Part shown: piece by piece, positions 52,709-61,082 of the stretch
How positions within the stretch are numbered: position 1 is the first letter of the stretch
How the letters are laid out: each line of letters starts with the position of its first letter
Assembly: GCA_038851755.1 (NCBI GenBank)
Contig: JAWCKR010000008.1
Location: forward strand, 1,161-65,160
Length of the DNA: 64,000 nt
From: Candidatus Hadarchaeales archaeon
Lineage (GTDB): Archaea; Hadarchaeota; Hadarchaeia; Hadarchaeales; WYZ-LMO6
Direction: 5' to 3'
The notes under the pieces: generated by a model
The model's database searches: none
The model's input: only the letters and a program-made list of their open reading frames with translations
Told to the model about the DNA's origin: nothing
Position numbers and translations under genes: made by a program

Positions 52709-53968
52709 ATGGAGCCCGAACCCAGCGAGCGGGAGCGGTTGCTGAAGGAGGAGGTGCACCGCTTCGCGGAGGAGGTGGTGAGGCCCGCCTCCGTGGAGAT
52801 CGACAGGATGCCCTCCGACGAGTACCCGGCAAGGGTGGTGAGGAGGGACTCCCCCTACTGGAGGGTGATGAGGGGGATGAAGAGGCTGGGATACCACAGA
52901 GCCCCCATACCAGAGGCCTTCGGGGGCGAGGGCCTGTCCGGAGGTGAGGTCCACACGCTGGTGGAGGAGCTGGCCTGGGGGAGCTCAGGCTTCGCCGTGG
53001 CGCTGGGGGTGGACCTCATGCCCGTGTCCTTCGCCCTCCTCTCCATGAGGGAGGAACTGAGGGAGGAGGTGGTGGAACCCTGGCTGAGGGACGACCAGGC
53101 GAGATACCAGGGGTGCTGGGGGGCGACGGAGCCGGGACACGGCTCGGACTTCGTGCTCGCGGGGTCCTTCGAGGAGGGGAGCGGGGTAGGGAAGGGGGAG
53201 GTAAGGGCGGTGAAGGAGGGGGAGGAGTGGGTGATCTCGGGGGCCAAGTCCTCCTGGATCTCCTGCGCCCCGGTGGCCACCCACGTGGCCCTGCACCTCA
53301 ACCAGGACTTCGACAGGGGGACGGGACAGGCGTGCGTGGTGCCCCTGGACCTACCCGGGGTGAGGAAGGGACCGCCCATCCTGAAGCTCGGCCAGAGGGA
53401 CTGCCCGCAGGGGGAGCTGGTGTTCGAGGGAGTAAGGCTCCCCGAGAAGTACATGATTCCCTCCCTGGAGTTCACGGAGGCGGAAATCCACCTCATCAAG
53501 GGACAGCTCCTCTGCATCACCAGCTCCTGGATGGCCGCCTCCTCCGTCGGCCTGGCGAGGGCGGCCTTCGAGGAGGCCCTGAGGTACTGCAGGGAGAGGG
53601 TGCAGGGGGGAAAGCCCCTGGTGAGGCACCAGCTGGTGAGGAAGAAGCTCTTCGAGCTCTTCACGAAGGTGGAGACGGCCAGGGCCTACTCCAGGAGGGT
53701 CATGGAGCACGTGTGGAGGGAGAACCTGGAGAGGTTCACCTTCAGGGCCTCCTACAGGCACGCCCTGGCGGCCCAGGTTTACTGCAAGAGGGTGGCGTAC
53801 GAGGTGGCGGACGAGGCCCTGCAGCTCTTCGGGGGTTATGGTACCACGGACGAGTTCCTGATCCAGAAGCTTTACAGGGACGCGAGAGTGAAATTGATAG
53901 AGGATGGGACCACGGAGGTCCTGAGCCTGGAAGGGGGAAAGGAAGTGGCGGAGGGATACGGGACATGA
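52709..53968 (+). CDS. acyl-CoA dehydrogenase family protein
   Basis: 419 aa. GCWGATEPGHGSD, a C-terminal helical domain, and the ...LQLFGGYGTTDEF... pattern. Confidence 0.85.
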   Translation: MEPEPSERERLLKEEVHRFAEEVVRPASVEIDRMPSDEYPARVVRRDSPYWRVMRGMKRLGYHRAPIPEAFGGEGLSGGEVHTLVEELAWGSSGFAVALGVDLMPVSFALLSMREELREEVVEPWLRDDQARYQGCWGATEPGHGSDFVLAGSFEEGSGVGKGEVRAVKEGEEWVISGAKSSWISCAPVATHVALHLNQDFDRGTGQACVVPLDLPGVRKGPPILKLGQRDCPQGELVFEGVRLPEKYMIPSLEFTEAEIHLIKGQLLCITSSWMAASSVGLARAAFEEALRYCRERVQGGKPLVRHQLVRKKLFELFTKVETARAYSRRVMEHVWRENLERFTFRASYRHALAAQVYCKRVAYEVADEALQLFGGYGTTDEFLIQKLYRDARVKLIEDGTTEVLSLEGGKEVAEGYGT

Positions 53969-54366
53969 AGTTCAGGGTGGATCAGGTGGGGGTGGTGGTG
54001 AGGGACCTGGACAGGGCGAGGGAGGCCTGCACCAGGTTCTTCGGGGAGGAGAGCCTTCCTCCCATAGAGTTCGAGACGGGGGGAGCCAGGCTGCGGCTGG
54101 CCTTCTTCCAGGCCGGAGAGGTCCAGCTGGAGCTGATACAGGTGGTGGAGGGGGAGACCATCCACTCGAAGTTCCTCAGGGAGAAGGGGGAGGGCCTGCA
54201 CCACCTCGGGTACTTCGTGGAGGACCTGGAGAGGAGCCTCTCCATGCTGGAGAAGGAGGGGGTGAAGGTCCTCTGGAGGGGGGAGGTGCCGGGGGCGGCC
54301 AAGTTCGCCTACCTGGACACGGAGAAGACCCTAGGCATCACCCTGGAGCTCGTCCAGCTGGGATGA
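53965..54366 (+). CDS. VOC-family protein (methylmalonyl-CoA epimerase/glyoxalase-like)
   Basis: 133 aa. VDQVGVVVRDLDRA...LELIQ...GEGLHHLGYFVEDL. ATGA overlap with the ACAD stop. Confidence 0.78.
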   Translation: MKFRVDQVGVVVRDLDRAREACTRFFGEESLPPIEFETGGARLRLAFFQAGEVQLELIQVVEGETIHSKFLREKGEGLHHLGYFVEDLERSLSMLEKEGVKVLWRGEVPGAAKFAYLDTEKTLGITLELVQLG

Positions 54367-54481
54367 CCAAGACCTAAATCCCACCACGCCCCACGGTTAA
54401 GGGGGGAACCTGCCCGCTCTCACGGGTGCCGAGGTCCTGACCAAGTGCCTGGTCCAGGAAGGCATCGGCAGGGTCTTCGGC

Positions 54482-56122
54482 GTGCCCGGAGGGGAACTCA
54501 CCCCCTTCCTGGAAGCCCTCAGGAAGGAACCTGGCATCGACTTCTTCCTCACCCGGCACGAGCAGGCGGCCGCGCACATGGCCGATGCCTGCTACCGCCT
54601 TACCGGAAGGGTGGCGGCCTGCGTGGGAACGGTGGGTCCGGGGGCCGCTGACCTGGTCCCGGGCGTCTACCCTGCCTTCGCCGACGGGATACCCGTGCTG
54701 GTGCTCACCGCGCAACACCAGACCTGGAAGTGCTATCCCGACAGGGCGAGCATGCAGAGCCTGGACCAGACACAGCTCCTCAAGGCGGTGACCAAGTGGA
54801 GCGCCGTGGTCTACCAGCCCGAGAGGATCCCCGAGCTGCTGGACAGGGGGCTCAGGACGGTCGTGAGGGGGAGGTCGGGCCCCGTCCATCTGGACCTGCC
54901 CGTCGACCTGCTCTTCAAGCGTGTCGAGGTCCCCTCCGACCACTTCATCCCACCCTCCCACCGCTACGATGCCCTCCAGCCCCCCGCCGGGAGGAGGGAG
55001 CTGGTGGAAAGGGCGGCGGAACTCCTTTTGAAGGCGGAGAACCCCCTCATCCACGCAGGGGGAGGGGCCCTCTGGTCGGGTGCGCACGAGGAGCTGAGGG
55101 AGCTCGTGGAGTACCTCTCCCTCCCTCTCACCCCCAGCCACGTGGCCAAGGGAATCCTGCCCGAGGACCATCCCCTCTACCTCATCCCCGACTCCCCCGC
55201 GGCAGTGGGCGCCCAGGCCAGCGCGGACCTGGTGCTGGTGGTGGGGTGCAGGATGGGGGACCTGGACTTCTTCGGCAGGCCACCGGCATGGGGGGAGCCC
55301 GGGGTCCAGAAGGTGATCCAGATCGACCTGGACCCGGAGAACCTTGCCCTGAACAGGCAGGTGGACCTGGCCATCCTGGGGGACGCGAAAGCCACCCTCA
55401 GGCTCCTGCTGGAGGAGGTGAAAAGGAAGAGCGACCCTAGGAGGAGGGACCTCTCCCACTGGAAGAAGGAGGAAGAGGAGTGGATCAGGGAGAACGAGAG
55501 GGTGGCGCTGGGGAGCTACGACGGTATCCATCCCATGAGGGCGGTCTATGAGGCCAGGAGGTTCTTCCCCAGGAACGCCATCACCGTGGTGGACGGGGGC
55601 AACGTGGGGCTCTGGGCCCACTACCTGAACCGGGTGTACGAGCCCAGGACCTTCCTCTGGGCCGCGGACTCCGGGCACCTGGGCACGGGCCTCCCCTACG
55701 CCATAGCCGCCAAGCTGGTGCGGCCGGAGAGGGAGGTCTACCTGCTCACCGGGGACGGCTCCCTCATGTTCAACATCCAAGAGATGGAGACGGCGGCCAG
55801 GCTGGGGACCAAGATCTACGTGATCGTGCTCAACGACCGCTCCTACGGGATGATCAGGGGGGTCCAGCATCTGGTGTACAAAGGTGAGTACTACGGGGTA
55901 GACTTCTCCGATGTGGACTACGCCAGGGTGGCCGAGGGGATGGGCTGGTTCGGGAGAAGGGTGAGGGAGCCCGAGGAAATCGTGAAGGCACTGGAGGAGG
56001 CCAAATCCCAGAACAGGCCGGCCTTGATAGACGTGCTCAACCCCAGGGAACTTAGCATGCTCCCGCCTGACCTGGAGATGCTGGGGGCCATCTGGATGGA
56101 GGGCGTGGAATTCCCCACCTAA
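54482..56122 (+). CDS. thiamine diphosphate-dependent enzyme (acetolactate synthase large subunit / 2-hydroxyacyl-CoA lyase-like)
   Basis: GDGSLMFNIQEMETAARL ThDP motif with the three-domain layout. Coordinates start at the first canonical start (GTG). Clearly homologous N-terminal coding (LTGAEVLTKCLVQEGIGRVFG) continues upstream in frame to 54401 with no ATG/GTG/TTG. Confidence 0.8.
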   Translation: MPGGELTPFLEALRKEPGIDFFLTRHEQAAAHMADACYRLTGRVAACVGTVGPGAADLVPGVYPAFADGIPVLVLTAQHQTWKCYPDRASMQSLDQTQLLKAVTKWSAVVYQPERIPELLDRGLRTVVRGRSGPVHLDLPVDLLFKRVEVPSDHFIPPSHRYDALQPPAGRRELVERAAELLLKAENPLIHAGGGALWSGAHEELRELVEYLSLPLTPSHVAKGILPEDHPLYLIPDSPAAVGAQASADLVLVVGCRMGDLDFFGRPPAWGEPGVQKVIQIDLDPENLALNRQVDLAILGDAKATLRLLLEEVKRKSDPRRRDLSHWKKEEEEWIRENERVALGSYDGIHPMRAVYEARRFFPRNAITVVDGGNVGLWAHYLNRVYEPRTFLWAADSGHLGTGLPYAIAAKLVRPEREVYLLTGDGSLMFNIQEMETAARLGTKIYVIVLNDRSYGMIRGVQHLVYKGEYYGVDFSDVDYARVAEGMGWFGRRVREPEEIVKALEEAKSQNRPALIDVLNPRELSMLPPDLEMLGAIWMEGVEFPT

Positions 56123-56131
56123 ACGAGAAGG

Positions 56132-56599
56132 TTATCTGAGCCTCCTGCCCGTGGCCCTGCCCACCTTCGTGCTCCTGGTCTCCGCCCTCTTCTTCTCCAT
56201 GAGTTCCCTGAGCTTCTGGATGTCCTTCTCTCCCTTCTCCAGCAGGGGGGTCGGGGGGTGGAAGAGCCTGCGGTAGCGATCCATGAGAACCTCTGACTTC
56301 TCCATGGACCTCCTCCACCGTTCCAACCTTCGGATTCTCTGCTCCAAGTGGTCCAGCTGCACCTGGAGGGAAGCCTGACTGAGCTTCCCGCACCCTCCCG
56401 GGGCTTCCCTTCCCGCTGCCACCACCTTCCAGCAAAGGGAAAGCCTCTTACCTACCTCCTCCAGACTCCTCTCCCACCCGGAGATGCTAACCCACCACCT
56501 TCTTCCCCTCCCTTCCTTCTCAAAAAGGGGTCGTGGGTTTCCTCCACCCAAACCCCATATGTCCCCCCTTTTCGTAACACCTGCTCCCTTTTTGTCCAT
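56132..56599 (-). CDS. hypothetical protein (coiled-coil C-terminal half); start uncertain
   Basis: 155-codon ORF. The C-terminal ~85 codons have genome-typical GC3. The N-terminal part has atypical codons. No family recognised. Confidence 0.3.
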   Translation of the reverse strand: MDKKGAGVTKRGDIWGLGGGNPRPLFEKEGRGRRWWVSISGWERSLEEVGKRLSLCWKVVAAGREAPGGCGKLSQASLQVQLDHLEQRIRRLERWRRSMEKSEVLMDRYRRLFHPPTPLLEKGEKDIQKLRELMEKKRAETRSTKVGRATGRRLR

Positions 56600-56673
56600 C
56601 CCCTCTCCGTTTTCGATATCCTGCGAGTCCTTTTTGGGAGAACCTCAAAACGTGACCTCGTCTCCGAAGATTC

Positions 56674-56687
56674 AAAAAAAGAAAAAA
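56674..56687 (-). terminator. double oligo-T tract downstream of the tautomerase gene
   Basis: Minus strand reads TTTTTTCTTTTTTT, about 35-48 nt past the stop at 56722. Confidence 0.4.
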
Positions 56688-56721
56688 CTTGAGTCCGTTC
56701 GGGGAAAAGCCTATCCCGCCC

Positions 56722-56925
56722 TCACGGCACCTGTACCTGCTTCAGTCTCTCGCTGGCCTGCTCTCCGCAGACGCCCCAGTTCTCCTTGGGGACCTCGTGG
56801 ATGATCACCTCGACCGCTTCCTTGGGTACGCCCATGTCGGTGAAGACCTTGGTGATGCCCTCTATCACTCTTTTCTTCGCCGCGTTGGAAAATCCCTTCC
56901 ACACCATCACATGAACAACGGGCAC
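56722..56925 (-). CDS. 4-oxalocrotonate tautomerase family protein
   Basis: 67 aa. A GTG start is followed directly by Pro (catalytic Pro1): PVVHVMVWKGFSNAAKKRVIEGITKVF. TATA-like TTTTTTAAG lies about 26 nt upstream. The track extension into tRNA-Phe was rejected. Confidence 0.75.
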   Translation of the reverse strand: MPVVHVMVWKGFSNAAKKRVIEGITKVFTDMGVPKEAVEVIIHEVPKENWGVCGEQASERLKQVQVP

Positions 56926-57008
56926 ATACTGAGATATCACAACCCGCTTAAAAAATCGCACGTACGAAGGAAAGGGCTGATCCGAAAGAAGACTCGATGG
57001 GACCATCG

Positions 57009-57085
57009 TGGTGCGGGGGGTGGGATTTGAACCCACGACATTCCGGTCTTCAGCCGGACACTCTCCCAGGCTGAGTTACCCCCGC
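57009..57085 (-). tRNA. tRNA-Phe (anticodon GAA)
   Basis: Acceptor GCGGGGG/CCCCCGC, anticodon stem TCCGG/CCGGA with loop CTGAAGA, T-loop TTCAAAT, and an encoded CCA. 77 nt. Confidence 0.92.
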
Positions 57086-57142
57086 CTTCCTCCCTAGAAA
57101 CACCGAAAAAAATACTTTCCGGAAAAGGCAGGGGAGAAGAGG

Positions 57143-57892
57143 ATGCCGGAGATCATGGTGGGGTGCTGCGGGTATCCCTGCGCCCGTCCCAGGTACTACG
57201 AGAAGTTCAGAACCGTGGAGATCCAGTCCACCTTCTACAAACTCCCAAAGCCCGAAACCGCCTCCAGGTGGAGGGAGGAGGCCCCCGAGGGCTTCGTCTT
57301 CACCCTCAAGGCTTTCCAGGGCATCACCCACCCCACCTCCAGCCCCACCTGGCGCCGCTCCGGTCTTAGCCCTGAGGAGCTGAGGGGGAAGGAATACGGA
57401 TGGCTGCGCCCCAATGAAGACAACTTCGAGGCCTGGGAAAAGACCGTTGAGGTGGGGGAACGGCTGGGGGCGGAGGTGTGCGTGGTGCAGTGCCCCCCGA
57501 ACTTCAAGTACACGGAGGAAAACGTGCGAAACCTGAGGAAGTTCTTCAAGAGGGTGAAGAGGAAGTTCTCCATCGCCTGGGAGCCTAGGGGGGACTGGGG
57601 GGAGCACCCCGAGGCGATACGCAAGCTCTGCGAGGAACTCGACCTGATCCACTGCGTGGACCCCTTCCGCCAGGAGAGCCTCCACTTCTCCGGAGGGACG
57701 GCCTACTTCAGGCTCCACGGCCTGGGCAAGCCCTCCGTGTACCGGTACAGGTTCTCGGACCGTGAGCTCGAGGAGCTGCGCGGTAAGGCCGAGGGGCTGG
57801 GGGAAAGGGTGAGGAGGGCCTACTTCATGTTCAACAACGTGTACATGCTGGAGGACGCCGTGAGGTTCCTGAAGCTTCTGAAGGGGGAGTAA
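57143..57892 (+). CDS. DUF72 (UPF0759) family protein
   Basis: 249 aa. GCCGYP...YYEKFRTVEIQSTFYKLP...GFVFTLKAF is the typical DUF72 pattern. Confidence 0.75.
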   Translation: MPEIMVGCCGYPCARPRYYEKFRTVEIQSTFYKLPKPETASRWREEAPEGFVFTLKAFQGITHPTSSPTWRRSGLSPEELRGKEYGWLRPNEDNFEAWEKTVEVGERLGAEVCVVQCPPNFKYTEENVRNLRKFFKRVKRKFSIAWEPRGDWGEHPEAIRKLCEELDLIHCVDPFRQESLHFSGGTAYFRLHGLGKPSVYRYRFSDRELEELRGKAEGLGERVRRAYFMFNNVYMLEDAVRFLKLLKGE

Positions 57893-57935
57893 AAGGGGTT
57901 ATAACCTCCCCTCCCCCTCCTTTCCCTCTGGGACC

Positions 57936-59009
57936 ATGAGGAACGCCTACGCTCTGACCCTGCTCTCCAACACGGGGGTGGCCTTCTCCTCCATCCTCAT
58001 CCCCCTCCTGAGCAAGGAGCTCGGGCTCTCCTTCTTCCAGCTCGGGCTGGTGGTGATGGGATACGGCCTGGCCTCCGCCCTGTCCTACTTCCTCTTCGGC
58101 AGGTTCTCGGATGCGGTGGGGAGGAGGACCGTCTTCGTGCGTGCGGGCCTGGCCGCCTGCTCCCTGGCCTTCCTCGCCCAGATCCTGATGGGGGGCTTCG
58201 GCTCCATGCTCCTCATCCGGACGACGGCCGGGTTCTGCGTGGGGATAGGGACCTTCCCCCTGCTGGCCTACCTCTCCGGCCTGCCCCGGTACGAGGCGAG
58301 GGTCTGGCTCTTCGCGGGCTTCACCTCGCTGGGCTGGGCCGTGGGGTACCTGGGGGCGGGCTTCCTCCCGGGCTACGAAGCCGCCTTCGTCCTCTCGGCC
58401 CTTTCCTTCCTGGCGGGCTTCCTCTTCTCCCTCTTTCTGCCGGAGGTGAGGGCGAGGAGGAGGAACTTCTCCTCCCTGGAGGTGATAAGGCGCAACCGCC
58501 TGGTCTACCTTCACTACCTCCTGAGGCACACGGGGGCCCAGTGCGTGTGGACGGTCTTCCCCCTCTACCTGGCGGAGCTGGGGGCGAGCAGGGGCTGGAT
58601 AGGCTTCCTCTACGCCCTGAACTGCGGCCTCCAGTTCTTCATCATGACTGCCTTCAGCAGGATCAAGAAGCCTCTGAACGACGAGGTGCTGGTGAGAACG
58701 GGACTGGTCCTCTCGACGGTGACCTTCTTGGCCTACTCCCTGGCCACCTCCTACCTCCACGTCCTCCCCGTCCAGCCCGTGCTGGCCGTGGCCTGGAGCA
58801 CCCTCTACGTGGGCTCCCTCCTCCACCTCCTGAGGAGGAACGTGGAGAAGGCCACCTCCACCAGCCTGCTGGGATCCACCATAAGCGTGGCTGGGGTGAT
58901 AGGACCTTTCCTGGGAGGGGCCGTCTCGGAACTCTTCGGGCTCAGGGCGGTGATGTTCACCGCCTTCGGCCTGAACCTGGCCGCCACCCTGCTCGCGACC
59001 AGGGGTTAA
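57936..59009 (+). CDS. MFS transporter
   Basis: 357 aa, about 10-12 TM. GRFSDAVGRR loop motif between TM2 and TM3. Palindromic TATA-like GGTTATAACC about 30 nt upstream. Confidence 0.8.
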   Translation: MRNAYALTLLSNTGVAFSSILIPLLSKELGLSFFQLGLVVMGYGLASALSYFLFGRFSDAVGRRTVFVRAGLAACSLAFLAQILMGGFGSMLLIRTTAGFCVGIGTFPLLAYLSGLPRYEARVWLFAGFTSLGWAVGYLGAGFLPGYEAAFVLSALSFLAGFLFSLFLPEVRARRRNFSSLEVIRRNRLVYLHYLLRHTGAQCVWTVFPLYLAELGASRGWIGFLYALNCGLQFFIMTAFSRIKKPLNDEVLVRTGLVLSTVTFLAYSLATSYLHVLPVQPVLAVAWSTLYVGSLLHLLRRNVEKATSTSLLGSTISVAGVIGPFLGGAVSELFGLRAVMFTAFGLNLAATLLATRG

Positions 59010-59039
59010 AGCCTTAAGCCAGCCAGATACAGTTCGTTG

Positions 59040-59471
59040 ATGCCGGCTGCCGTAATTTACTACTCAGAAACGGGGAACACGAAGAAGATAGCCGAGGCCA
59101 TCGCGAGGGGGACCAAGGCCAGGTGCGAGCCCGTGGAGAAGGGTGGGGAGGCCGTGAAGGGGGCCGACCTCCTCTTCGTGGGTACTCCCGTCCACTCCTT
59201 CGGGCCCTCCAGGCCCATCCTGGAGTTCCTGAGGAAGACGGACTGGAGCGGGAAGAGGGTGGCCCTCTTCTGCACCTACGCCGGGCTGGGGAACAGGAGG
59301 ACTCTCAGGAAGATGAGGAAGGAGGTGGAGAAGAGGGGAGGAAAGGTGGTGGGGGAGTTCTGGTGCAAGGGAAGGTTCAAGTTCATGAGGAAGGGGAAGC
59401 CCGACGCGGAGGACGAGAGGAGGGCCGAGGAGTTCGGAAAGAACATGGCCTCCGGTCAGGGAGCTTCCTGA
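59040..59471 (+). CDS. flavodoxin-family protein
   Basis: AAVIYYSETGNTKKIAEAIARG FMN-binding N-terminus, then LLFVGTPVHSFGP. About 143 aa. Confidence 0.75.
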   Translation: MPAAVIYYSETGNTKKIAEAIARGTKARCEPVEKGGEAVKGADLLFVGTPVHSFGPSRPILEFLRKTDWSGKRVALFCTYAGLGNRRTLRKMRKEVEKRGGKVVGEFWCKGRFKFMRKGKPDAEDERRAEEFGKNMASGQGAS

Positions 59472-59678
59472 TTCGCCACAATCACTATCCCCCTTCCCTC
59501 CACCAGCGCCCTCGCCTGGCCCCCGGCCTGGGCAAGGTGCTGGCAGCCTGGATGGTACCCGCCCGCCTACCCGAGCAAGGAGGAGGAGCTGAGGGCCCTC
59601 GAGGAGATGAAGGAGGAACTGGAGAAAGAACTCAGGGAGATAAGCAGGAAAATAGAGGAACTGAAGGGCGGGAAGTGA
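59472..59678 (+). other. 68-codon open frame lacking any canonical start, in frame with the flavodoxin gene across its TGA; DUF5320-like coiled-coil tail
   Basis: Translation: FATITIPLPSTSALAWPPAWARCWQPGWYPPAYPSKEEELRALEEMKEELEKELREISRKIEELKGGK. The only ATG is at 59607. The stop abuts the ATG of the NifX-like gene. Confidence 0.35.
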
Positions 59679-60011
59679 ATGCTGGTGGCGGTGGCGACGC
59701 TGGACAGGGGAGGTCCGGAGGCCAGGGTTTCCCCCGAATTCGGGCATGCCCCCACCTTCACCCTCGTGGAGGTAGAGGGGGGAAAAGCCAAGCGATGGGA
59801 GGTGATCCCTAATCCCGCTTCCTCCCTCCAGCACGGGAGGGGACCGCTGGTGGCTAAAAGCCTGAGCGACAAAGGGGTCAAGATGGTGGTGAGCGGGGAG
59901 GTAGGGCCCGGGGCCTCGGAGCTCCTTAAAGCCTTCGGGATAGAGATAAGGATTGTGGAACCGGAGGGGGGGGTCAAAGAGGTTCTGAGGAAGCTGGGTC
60001 TCCTGAAGTGA
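59679..60011 (+). CDS. NifB/NifX-family (dinitrogenase FeMo-cofactor-binding domain) protein
   Basis: 110 aa. VSPEFGHAPTFTLVEVEGG...VSGEVGPGASELLKAFGIEI is the typical Nitro_FeMo-Co domain. Confidence 0.72.
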   Translation: MLVAVATLDRGGPEARVSPEFGHAPTFTLVEVEGGKAKRWEVIPNPASSLQHGRGPLVAKSLSDKGVKMVVSGEVGPGASELLKAFGIEIRIVEPEGGVKEVLRKLGLLK

Positions 60012-60037
60012 GGGGGTCGAGCCAGGGGGGAAAAAGG

Positions 60038-61063
60038 ATGCCGAACCGCAAGACCCTCCTGACCGTGCTCGCCTGGTTCCTCCTCCTCTTCGGTCTCTTC
60101 ACCATAGTTTACCACAGGGTAACGGGACATCCCCTCGCACCCGTCTACAGGTACGGGGACCTAAAGTCCTACCACCCCGTTCTCATCCCCTTTGTGTACC
60201 TCGCCAGCTACCTCACCAGGGCTTGGGGGGCCTTCCTCTTCGCCTTCATGCTGGGGGGCATGATAGAGGCCTTCGTCCCCAGGGAGAAAATGAAGGGCTA
60301 CCTCTCAAGCAAGAGCCTCAGGTCCTACGTGCTGGCCGCCCTCTTCGCCCCCGTTCTGGCCGTGTGCTCCTGCGCCATGATCCCCATCTTCGGGGGCATC
60401 CTGGCCGCGGGAGCGGGCATCGGGCCGGCCCTGACCTTCCTCCTGATGGCCCCCGCCGGAAACTTCCTCGCCATCCTGTTCACCTCCGAGCTCATCTCCC
60501 CTGTGATGGCGGGAGCCCGCTTCGCCTTCGCCTTCCTGGGAGCCGTCTTCATCGGCCTGCTAACGGCCAGGACGAGCTGGGCCAAGAAAGTAGAGGAGAA
60601 GTTCGCCGGGATTTCCATCGCGAAAGCGGAGGAAATGGGGGAAAGGGACTTCCGAGAAAAGTCCATTGCTTCCCTGTACGAGGCGTACGCCCTGCTGAGA
60701 ATGATCCTGCCCTACCTGCTCGCCGGGGTGGCGGTGGTGAGCTTCATCGACGCCTACCTTCCAAGGGAGGCTGTGGGGAACTACCTGAGAGGGGTCCCGG
60801 GCATCCTCCTGGGGGCGACGATAGGGGTTCCCCTCTACACCCCCACGCTGGTGGAGGTGTTCTTCGTGAAGGCCCTTCTGAACTCTGGGATGTCTTCCAG
60901 CGCCGCCCTGGCCTTCCTGCTCGGTGCCCCCATGTCCTCCGTGCCCTCCATGATGGGGGTCTCGAGGATCGTGGGGTGGAGGACGGTGGCGACCTATGCC
61001 CTGCTCGCGGTCCTCTGGGCCATGGTAGCAGGCTTCGCGTACCTCATATTAACAGGAGGATAG
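60038..61063 (+). CDS. permease (COG0701/DUF318, ArsP-like)
   Basis: About 341 aa polytopic protein with VCSCAMIPIFGG. Paired with a thioredoxin-like redox-active disulfide protein, as is usual for this family. Confidence 0.7.
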   Translation: MPNRKTLLTVLAWFLLLFGLFTIVYHRVTGHPLAPVYRYGDLKSYHPVLIPFVYLASYLTRAWGAFLFAFMLGGMIEAFVPREKMKGYLSSKSLRSYVLAALFAPVLAVCSCAMIPIFGGILAAGAGIGPALTFLLMAPAGNFLAILFTSELISPVMAGARFAFAFLGAVFIGLLTARTSWAKKVEEKFAGISIAKAEEMGERDFREKSIASLYEAYALLRMILPYLLAGVAVVSFIDAYLPREAVGNYLRGVPGILLGATIGVPLYTPTLVEVFFVKALLNSGMSSSAALAFLLGAPMSSVPSMMGVSRIVGWRTVATYALLAVLWAMVAGFAYLILTGG

Positions 61064-61082
61064 AGGAAGGGAGGTGAGAGGA

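Noticed and set aside
51820-52710. N-terminal 297 codons of the 663-aa minus ORF 50719..52710, and likewise the first 322 codons of the plus ORF 50914..52704
   Set aside because: Each long ORF fuses a genuine gene (the LLM on minus, the ADC-family gene on plus) to the antisense shadow of the other. An internal Met with SD/TATA and family-typical N-termini defines the real starts at 51819 and 51880.
54374-55870. 498-aa minus-strand ORF
   Set aside because: Antisense to the ThDP-dependent enzyme gene, with no recognisable domain. The same reasoning applies to 25256..26416 (antisense to AOR), 33341..34405 (antisense to lysA), 49614..50612 (antisense to the radical-SAM gene), 57831..58826 (antisense to the MFS gene) and 47815..48687 (antisense to the HDAC gene and tRNA-Arg).
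59469-59471. TGA as a selenocysteine codon in a flavodoxin fusion
   Set aside because: No Sec-typical redox motif surrounds the codon (…GQGAS-TGA-FATIT…). I could not identify a convincing archaeal-type SECIS hairpin in the short downstream region, which is itself coding. The observation is kept only as an unexplained in-frame stop.
59123-59812. 229-aa plus-strand ORF spanning the flavodoxin and NifX-like genes
   Set aside because: It is out of frame with two recognisable genes, and its translation is Gly/Arg/Glu-rich low-complexity sequence.
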